Source: Eledone cirrhosa (taxonomy: Eukaryota). From it: a stretch of DNA of 64,000 bases. Below are positions 54,391 to 64,000 of this stretch, piece after piece (the stretch's first letter is position 1; each line of letters begins with the position of its first letter). Position numbers and translations under genes: made by a program. The notes below the pieces were generated by a model. That model did not search any database. It saw only the letters and a list, made by a program, of their open reading frames with translations, and was not told the origin of the DNA. The stretch covers positions 7,316,001-7,380,000 of the forward strand of contig OZ024744.1 of NCBI GenBank assembly GCA_964016885.1. The letters run 5' to 3'.

Positions 54391-54742
54391 GTTTCATTAT
54401 AAGTTTTCTACAAGTTGGGAAAATATGTCCAGGTTATGTAGAAGCCTACACATAGTCCGTTGCCCACCTGCATATATTCCTATGGACTATGTGTAGGCTT
54501 CTACATAACCTGGACATATTTTCCCAACTTGTAGAAAACTTATAATGAAACAATTGTTTGGAAAGGGAGATGTATTTTAATTATGTCTCATATAAAATAA
54601 TACAACTGGCTATCCGCAAAATACATATAGTTAACACCCAAACGTAAATTTGGGATTATACTAAATTATATCCTAATGTTTGTTGAGTGAGACGGAAGCC
54701 GGTCAGAGTATTGCTTAAAGCTTTCTCTGTTAATGTATTAAA
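54387..54742. mobile_element. Asymmetric fold-back between (TA)n tracts
   Basis: 72-bp arms 54387-54458 / 54484-54555; the right arm runs through GAAAC-aatt-GTT and ~185 nt further. Confidence 0.8.
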
Positions 54743-55189
54743 TATATATATATATATATATAAAATGATATTAAATAAATGGAAACTATATTTATAAAAC
54801 CATATTTATTTTATTATATATATTTCAAGGGTACAAAAAGACTTTGGTACGCTTTCTTCAGATAAAATACATAGTTTTTTTTATAAATAGAGACATACCC
54901 AGGAAAATCATACCTTTTCAGTTGGATATTCTCTGGATAGTGGAAAATGTATTAGGGATTTTTCAAGCTTATGGGTGAATAAGCAAATGAATATGTAAAT
55001 AATTGAAAAACAACCGTTTATTTAAACGACTATGGACAGAGATAAGAGAGAAGAGAAGAAGGACAAAATAGTGAGAGAGAGAGAGAAAGAGAGAGAGAGA
55101 AGAAGGAAAAAAGGGGAGATGAATAAAAAAAAAGTCATATAACGTTAATTTGAGGAAAATATATTTGAACAATTATCTATGTATATTGC

Positions 55190-55790
55190 GCGGGCGTTAC
55201 CGACCTGTGGGGCTATGTAGAACGACTATTGTCGCGGGTGGGACCAATCCAGTTGACCACCGAGTCCATTGTCATGATCAAACCGCCACTCTCCTTCAAA
55301 AACGAGGGAGAGGCGGTTTTCCTTTGTGTGATAGCTATGGCGAAAGAGGTTGTATGGTGGACAAGGTTGAAAGGGCTGAGGTCAGACACCTTTCTCTCCG
55401 GCCAACAACTGATTCTTTTTTTTAAATACCACTTTGGAAGAAGAATCAGGATGGAGAGAGAGGTGCTGTACCCCAGCAAGTTTTATGAAAGGTGGGTGAA
55501 AGTGGCGAGAATGGCCCGAGTGAATGGGCCTTCACTCTACATCAGCCTGTAGGTTGAGGAAAAGGAGGAAGAGAGGAAAGAGGTACAAACTCTTCGTACT
55601 CCTGGAGATGAGGGTTGCACATTTTTCCGGGGCTATGTGTTATCCATATGTAATGTCTCCCCCTATTGGGGAAAATCGATTAACTTTTCAATTGCATTTG
55701 TGATAATATTTTACACGTTTTTATTGTATGTAAACTTCCCCCTTTGTATTTGTCCCCTTCTTGTGTGCCCCTGTAGCTAATAAAGAACAT
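55190..55790 (+). mobile_element. 5'-truncated Tx1-like family B copy
   Basis: Translation matches 36528-36880; ends AATAAA..catatctat. Confidence 0.88.
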
Positions 55791-55914
55791 ATCTATGTAT
55801 ATATGTAAGTATATATCTTAATAGTATGTGTATTTATATTAAAGGGATATTTTACGATTATTAGTTGTTTAAAATTTGTTTATAATATAATATTTTTCTT
55901 CTGTTATAAGTAGA

Positions 55915-55961
<47 letters not shown>

Positions 55962-56289
55962 ATAGATGGGTATATCATGTTATAGATAATTGTTCTAAAG
56001 AGTTATGAGGGATATTGGGATGAGGGGGAGGGGGGAGGCCGAAGAGGAGGAGGTGGAGGAGCATAAGGAGGAAGAAGGCGGTGCATGCAATTCTAATTCA
56101 CCAAACCTTTCAGAGATTAAAACTTTGCTTACAAATATAAACAATCACAAACGTACACAAAGCACATATTCACACGGACACACACAGCCATTCATTTTCA
56201 CACAAACACACTAACATATCTTCCATACTCACGTATACACATATATATATATACATATATACACATATATGTATGAAGTGAAATGATAG

Positions 56290-57799
56290 TTTAACTATCA
56301 ATTCATTCACAATTGTTAGTTTGTCGGTTTATAGTAACAGAGATCTAAGTTGGGCTGGTAATTATAGAATCAACACCATTTCTAACACATCTTCAATAGT
56401 CCTCGATGACTGCTACAGTAAATTATTATTTCTTGTATTAAGTTACGTTCCGTTTTTCTTGGCTTAATTCTATGTAGATCTCTTTTATGCTTAAAATTAA
56501 TGTTTGTTTATATCTATCAGCTTGTCTTTTGGAGTCTTCTTACTGTTGCTGTAAACTCTGGATGAGGCACATTATTTTATGAAGTGTAGTTGTCGAGTTG
56601 TTATTGTTTTCTTCAGACAACAGAACATAGCTTGGCTAGAGCTTATGGTACTTCGTTTTTGTATTTGTTTGGAAAGCTCTCTTATCTGAAAACGTGTATT
56701 GAAAGCATTAGAGAGACACATACAACATTTCATCTACCGCATACATTTCTCTGGCTACAATCAGACAATATCAGGTTATATTGAAGGAGCCATGACTAAA
56801 TGGGCAAAGATTGTAGAAAATGATGCAAATGGGATTTGCCCCATGTATATGAGCAAATTTAGAAGGGCCCTAGACAAGCTCAAATTAAATATTAAGATAG
56901 GTGAAAGATCAGGTATTCTCATATAAGCCCTAATTAGTGGAACATATCCGTTTCAAAAATCCCTCCTGCACTCATAGGAAATGCATAGGCCACAAATCAA
57001 TCCCACAAACTAACTGCAAAACTAGGAGCGCAGTATACAGCATAAGATATACTGAGGGACAGTGTAGGAATAAGAATATAACATACATAGGTGAAACAGC
57101 CTGTAGTATAAGACAAAGGATAAATGAACACTGGCGAGAACTCCAGGATGGGAAAACTCATCAGTATACCACCAACATGCCAAAATAGAACATGGGGGTA
57201 CATTAGAGAACATAGAGTTAAAAATTATATCCACATACAGAAAAGATGCAATGCTCAGACAAATTATAGAGGCAACAAATATAAACTCTAACCCAAATTA
57301 AACAGAAAACATGAGTGGAATAGCAACATCACAACTAGTAATTAAGGACAAAATGAAGACATACAGACAGACACATAAAACAAACTAACAAAACAAATCT
57401 GACACACACAGATAGAACAGACAACCAACTAGTGACAAGTAAATAAAAACAAGTAAATGCACACACATACACCCGGATATAACGCATGCGCAAACCAAGT
57501 ACACAACACACAACACACAAAAACAAGATGGTGTACGACAGAACAAATAAGGGACACAAAATAAGAAATCAGTCACTGATGAGGTCACAGAATATGTGAC
57601 GAAAGAGTGTCGGTAATACATAAACAGCCATCTGGTTATTGAACCAGCCAACCAACCAACCGGAAAGTTATAATAAATTAAAGTGAAAAATCTACAGGTG
57701 CGTGTGTTTTATTGGCGACATGACCCTCTCAAAGTATAACAATATCTATTTCAACACACGTTTTCAGATCATAAATCTCGCAAAACAAATTCAAAAACG

Positions 57800-57803
<4 letters not shown>
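56290..57803. mobile_element. Neptune-like PLE remnant: 3' part on + (56700-57803) fused to an inverted N-terminal fragment on - (~56290-56700)
   Basis: LERHIQHFIYR and CKTRSAVYSIR..YIGETA; the inverted piece starts with the pLTR extension sequence and matches ~7291-7370. Confidence 0.8.
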
Positions 57804-57830
<27 letters not shown>

Positions 57831-58110
57831 CAACTTTTATACCTGATCCAGCCATCCCCATACATATGGGGGGGGGGGGGGGGTATATAATAATGTGATG
57901 TTACTATTCACATATTTTGATAGTCGGGTCATGGTGTTATATCACAAATGCACTATAAGGAGATTCTGCATTGAAATATTTCCAAAAACTCGTGTAATCA
58001 TTTTATTGGTACAGAATTACCTGTGTAATTCTGTACCAATTTCAATTTTTTATACCTGCCTTTTCTGATAAACATTAATGCACATAATGAAAAATGTATG
58101 TACACACACA

Positions 58111-58199
<89 letters not shown>

Positions 58200-58380
58200 A
58201 CATATATGTGTAGGTTTGTGTGTGTATTTAAAGAACAAAGATTAACAAGGATTTAATTAAAGCATTTCAGTGAATTACAACCGCTTCATTCGACTAAGAA
58301 TATTCCATAAACGCACACACATATACATAAACACACACACACACACACATACACACACATACACACATACACACACACAT

Positions 58381-58452
<72 letters not shown>

Positions 58453-58694
58453 AGTTGTATGGTTGCAATTAAATACGTCCGGAGGCAGTATGCCGTTTGA
58501 GCACTCGATGCTCGCGCGGAGCAGAATAACTATATTTGTGTCTACTTTAGGCACAAGGCCAGCAATTAACCAGTACATTACTGGTACTTTATTTTATCGA
58601 CCCCGTAAGGATGAAAGGCAAAGTCAACCTCGGCGGGATTTGAACTCAGATCGTAAAGGGACGTAACTATGCTGGAAAGCATGGCATATATTAC

Positions 58695-58882
58695 AGATAA
58701 CGAGGAGTCAGTAATGCATCAAAACACAATTTATTGACATATTACATATGTTTCTCCGACATTAATCTCAAAGCAGGATCTGTTACAGATCGAACCTGAC
58801 TCTGCATTCGCAAGTTCCTTGAGCGGATGTAATAGGTTAATAAATTGTTTTTTTGATGCACTACTGATTCTTCGTTATCTTT
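58695..58882. repeat. Diverged fold-back with HHR 3' half at the junction
   Basis: Arms ~58695-58747 / 58826-58880; GAAAC-atat-GTA on the - strand. Confidence 0.65.
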
Positions 58883-58898
58883 AATATATATATATATA

Positions 58899-59500
58899 TC
58901 AATGGAAAAAATGAAACGAAATTTCATTTCTCACTCTTAGTACGGCTGTTACTTAAATATAAGTATGTATACGTACATACATATATGTACACAGACGTAT
59001 AGTAGTATGTATATATATATACATACATGCGCACATATATATATGTACGTATGGATTCACCGAACATTTATTATAATGCTCCGTGTGTTTGTAAACAAAC
59101 ATCCCGTATTAGGCCGTAGTGTCTAGCAACCATCATTGCTCGTTTGTTCAACACTGACAAAGGAACGCTGTCCTAGTTTCAAGCTTATTAGCTATCATCA
59201 GCACCGTATACCTTCCTGCCGGATGATTGAACGTCTGAAAGTATATACGGTACTGACGATAGCTAATAAGCTTGAAACTAGTACAGCGTTCCTTTGTCAG
59301 TATTGAACAAACGAGCAACGATGGTTGCTGGACACTGTACGGCTTAATACGGGATGTTTGTTTACAAACACACCGAGCATTATAATAAAATTTCGGTGAA
59401 TCCATACGTACATATATATGTGTGCATGTATGTATATATATATATACATACTACTGTACGTCTGTATACATATATGTATGAACGTATACATACTTATATA
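58899..59500. mobile_element. Tails-out pLTR fold-back with an HHR in each arm (59166-59206 on -, 59248-59288 on +)
   Basis: ~250-bp arms; CTGA(T/C)GA-t-agct(aata)agct-t-GAAAC-ta-GTA; ~58-nt left extension. Confidence 0.85.
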
Positions 59501-59507
59501 TATATAT

Positions 59508-59967
59508 AAAGAATGATTAATAAAACAGGTAGACATCATAAAAAGGTAATTTATTCCAAGTGTTTACAAATGTTTCTTTAGTAGTTACACAGCCTAGTCA
59601 TGCTATGTGCAAATTGGTAGTTATTTATTTGCATATACTCAATTTTTAAATGTTGTTCATCCTACCAATTCTTCAGAACGATGAACAACATTTAAAAATT
59701 GAGTATATGCAAATAAATAACTACCAATTTGCACATAGCATGACTAGGCTGTGTAACTACTAAAGAAACATTTGTAAACACTTGGAATAAATTACCTTTT
59801 TATGATGTCTACCTGTTTTATTAATCATTCTTTATCTACACTCAGTAATATAGAAGAATCGGAAACCAAGTTTCTTTAACTGTTCTGTTGTAACTCGTTG
59901 AGTAACCCTCACCGTACGTCGACTTTATCTAGAGTAGTAATTAACCATTACTGCATTCAGGATAATC

Positions 59968-59970
<3 letters not shown>
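59508..59970. mobile_element. Tails-out fold-back with ~155-bp arms and a long-stem-II HHR (59562-59679 on -)
   Basis: gtt-CTGAAGA-a-ttggtag...ctactaa-a-GAAAC-attt-GTA-aac; ~135-nt right extension. Confidence 0.8.
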
Positions 59971-60015
<45 letters not shown>

Positions 60016-61985
60016 TGAAAACATCTACCATGGATGCGTATATCCGTTTAAATGGCGTTTCAATCTACATTAGATCGAAGCAAGTTATAATTCGGAAGAT
60101 GTACCTGCGTCGAGTTTCGTATTTCGACTGACTACGAGGCAGGTCTTAGACCTGGGTCCACATGGCACTTCAGGTTTGGTGGGCCCTTCATATACAGAAA
60201 ATCAGAATACACACCAAAACACCCAATTTTACATATCAAAGTCCGCTGGCACAAGTAATTGGAATTGAAATGTAATACGTACAGCCATTACATTCCAAAA
60301 AACCCAACCATCCTTATTGTATGTCCACTTTCCCCCGTGGCATGGGTTGGAAAGGTTGTTACAGTCCGAGACCAGACATATGGGAGCGACCTCATCTTGC
60401 TCATACATTACATATTTGGTATGGTTTCTATGGCTGGGTGTCCTTCCTAACATAACCATTTTACAGTGTTTACTGGGTGCATTGTTTTTGCGATACCAGC
60501 ACAGACACTTTACTCGGCGACATCAAATACTTTATTAGAATATTATTCTGATAACAGCCTGATGTTTCTAAAGTTGAGAAAAGTTGATGAATTTTCCGAC
60601 AGTAAAGACAAATAAAAACAGTTATCGTTGTTAAAGGGAACTAAAATGCCCCCTCCCCCTCCTCATTATATCAAGCTCTGCTACCAGGTTGATGGACATC
60701 ACTTCTTAAGCAGCGACACCTGGAGATATTCAGCAACAAACAAATGCAACTCTCTCCACACATAAGACAACGATGGTGGCTTTACATTATTAATCTACTA
60801 CATTGTTAACCTGCTAATATTAGTAGCTACACGACGCATTAAAGCTAATCTATTTTCTTAAAGACAGTGCAGGATTAAAGCATGTGGTATGTTGTTTGTG
60901 ATATACTATACATATAATACATTAAAAAATGTGAAGTATTCAAGACTGCTGTTGCGGTGATCATACGTCTCGTGAGGTCAAAGAGTCTTTAAATTACACT
61001 TTATCATGTATAAAATAAAGGATAATACACATTAGATGAAGCTGTCCTAAACACCACTAACACGGGACATATATGTTGTGGATTTTTAGCCACTACCCTA
61101 TTAACAAGGGTCATATAAAGCTAAACAAACAAAATATAAACGCAAACACACAAACTTATTCACACATGTGCATATATTGTTTATTAGTTCGATAAGCTGC
61201 TTAGAAAACGTTTACGTTCTCACTTGGCCTGATAGAAATAGTAATATATCACCTTCAAATCTTAAAAAAAATGTTACTATTAGATATTGTAATCCTAGAT
61301 ACATGATGCCAGACAAAAAAGTGATTGTCAAAAGTACAATATTGATCCCAGTGTTATCCTACTAAATGCGTTTGAAAAGGTTAATGATGATTCAGTCATT
61401 TTTGCTTATCTACAAATATGTATTTCTCATATATCTCATCTGTTAGTAGACAAAATAATATATTTTAGCTACTTAACAACGTAAGCAGTAATAATAGTAA
61501 TAATTGTTTCTACTTTTGGCACAAGGCCAGCAATTACACAGTGTATTACTGGTACTTTATTTTATCGACCTCGTAAGGATGAAAGGCAATAATAGTAATA
61601 ATATAGACAGTCCAGCACTTGGATACTACTATGTCTGGTGGAGTTTATAAAGAGATTGGTTGTGTATTGCTCTATGAAAAAAAAGGGGCACAAGATATCC
61701 GAGGATTTCGACAATTGTAATTCAATAGTGATTAATTTGATGGGTTCAAATTATGGACCGAGAAGTGGGTTGCAGCGTTGAACAAAGAGCTTCATATCTC
61801 GTTACTTTAATGATAGTACTCGGACACTCATACAATTTAAAGCCAAGGCAACAGCCTCATTTCTGTCAACTAAACCTGCATAGTTGTCAAGTGTAAATTT
61901 CAATTGCATTTCAACAACATCTTTGTCCGTCCTCTTGTCATTTTAATTTGGATTTGCTCCTGAACGTAACCTTATTATGTTAGAA

Positions 61986-62060
61986 GCTGTCTGATGAGCT
62001 CACGGCACTGGGTACGCGGAATCACGTGACCACTGTTGTCATTGAAATGTGTATCACAGC
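61986..62060 (+). ncRNA. Hammerhead ribozyme-like motif ~55 nt upstream of (TA)n
   Basis: gctgt-CTGATGA-...-GAAA-t(gtgt)a-TC-acagc. Confidence 0.65.
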
Positions 62061-62112
62061 ATTATCAATAAAGGACTTTAACATCTGACACTACTTCACA
62101 TTTTCTTATTCT

Positions 62113-62177
<65 letters not shown>

Positions 62178-62182
62178 TATAT

Positions 62183-63139
62183 ACTAGACATGAAAAATGC
62201 GCAAGCTCAAAAGTGCCACAGAATGTTATAATAAACCTTCAAAAGTGTGGGACTAGAGTTGTTGCTAAAAAATATTGTAATCATTATATATCGTACATTC
62301 TGTGGCATCCTTTATAAAAATAGCTTAAACCAACGAAGCCTTTATTTTTACGCTATTTCACTTAGTTAATTCTTAGAGTGTAACATATAAAAATATGATT
62401 TACAACTATAAAATAAATTAATTAATATAATAACAGAGCTGCGGAGCTGAAATTTAGGAAATAATGGAGTATCGGATCCTGAGTTGGAGCCAGTCAATTT
62501 TTGACCGACTCCGCAGCCCTGTATAATACATTTCATATTAAAGTTATTAATAAACCTATTTTACACTTCATGCAAATTACCACGAGATATTGATATTAGA
62601 TATAAGATACAGCGCAATATCTACAGCTGTAAAAGTACGAAAGCGAAGTAATAATAAGTGGCTTAAGGTAATTCCAATATGAAAGTTTGTAGTGATAAAA
62701 ATTTGATAATGCAATACGATTGTTAATATTATAGTTCTATGAAAATGTAACAATAGATAACTAAATTATTTTACTATTAGTATATTTAAGAAATTATCAT
62801 TATAGATTTGATCGTTCATATAAGCATCATATTAAGTTTCAACACAATTATTTTGTTACTATGAGTATATGATAATAATATTACGTAATTATTTATAGCT
62901 GTTATTACATTAAACATAGATGTATTTATTTTTATATGTTACACTCTAAGAATTAACTAAGTGAAATAGCGTAAAAATAAAGGCTTCGTTGGTTTAAGCT
63001 ATTTTTATAAAGGATGCCACAGAATGTACGATATATAATGATTACAATATTTTTTAGCAACAACTCTAGTCCCACACTTTTGAAGGTTTATTATAACATT
63101 CTGTGGCACTTTTGAGCTTGCGCATTTTTCATGTCTAGT
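62183..63139. repeat. 213-bp inverted repeats with a 531-bp spacer
   Basis: 62183-62395 is the reverse complement of 62927-63139; the left end abuts (TA)n. Confidence 0.9.
62433..62521. mobile_element. ~90-bp MITE-like element
   Basis: Terminal inverted repeats cag(a/g)gctgcggag. Confidence 0.4.
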
Positions 63140-64000
63140 TTAATATTTTTTTAAGGCAACGCTTGTAATAACTCTAGTTAAACAGGATATATATTAATAA
63201 TAAATTATCGTTGTAATGTAATTAGATTATGTAATTGTTATTATAAATTATCTTATAAATATTAGTGTAAGATGTATAAAAATATTTTCAGACTTTTAAT
63301 ATAAACAACTACAAAAAACAATCAATATTAAATCAATATATTATACATAATAGAAAACATAAAATATACAATACAAAAACAAAATATTTACATACATTTG
63401 CAATTATCAGTGTATATACATTTTCTTTATATTCCCTGAGCAAATTAATAAGATTTGTTTTTATTGTACATAATTTGATGACTTGTTGGAGTGTATTAAA
63501 AGATAGCAACAATTTGTGATTAAATTGTTATCTTAAGCAACTCACTTTTTAATAGTTGTTGGCTGAGCGAAATTGTAAAAGCCTATGAGCAAATATAAAA
63601 AAAAATACACAAACAACATTTCCTTGTGTTATTACAACATTAGATAAAATAATTGAGCAATGTCGTTATATTTTGCTCTTATTGCACATTAATAGTGTTT
63701 CTATTTTTCGGCACAAATCCATTACGGCAGTCCATTACTGGTACTTTATTTTATCGAATTAGTAAGTATGAAAGTCGAAGTTAACCTCGGCAGGATTTGA
63801 ACTTAGAATGCAAAGGACCATAACAATACTGCAAAGCATGGTGTCTGACGCTCTACCAATACTTGTGTTGAGCTGGTCATTAATTTATGGTGGTCGTGCG
63901 TGAAGTAGAGCAATCGCTAGTTGAAATATTATGAACAAAACATTTTTATTTGCCGAAGAACATATTTTCAATACTGTTTGTGAATGTGACGAAGGAAATA

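Noticed and set aside
58011-58040. Short hairpin attggtacagaattac-ctgt-gtaattctgtaccaat (approximate coordinates) as a terminator
   Set aside because: Eukaryotic context with no gene; probably a local fold-back with no supportable function.

Overview
AT-rich, microsatellite-dense animal genomic DNA, probably from an octopus (inferred from a recurring tRNA-derived SINE that resembles octopus SINEs as I recall them). I found no host gene. The window is almost entirely retroelements: (i) many Penelope-like elements (PLEs; RT + GIY-YIG), including one intact 819-aa ORF in a young tandem-plus-inverted structure at 13063-21123; (ii) two sister L1/Tx1-type LINE families stacked head-to-tail in (ATT)n and (TATC)n tracts; (iii) CR1-group and R4/Dong-like remnants, SINEs and Helitron-like pieces. 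Reading by eye gave about 20 hammerhead ribozyme (HHR) motifs from more than 10 apparently unrelated PLE terminal-repeat families, many with non-canonical cores. It also showed a recurring asymmetric 'tails-out' fold-back architecture: (TA)n - short arm - inversion - long arm with extension - (TA)n. This suggests two-sided priming in self-complementary (TA)n targets. Both Tx1 families also carry a perfect splice donor on the ORF1 stop codon that could fuse ORF1 to ORF2. All alignments and folds were done manually, so edges may be off by a few bases.
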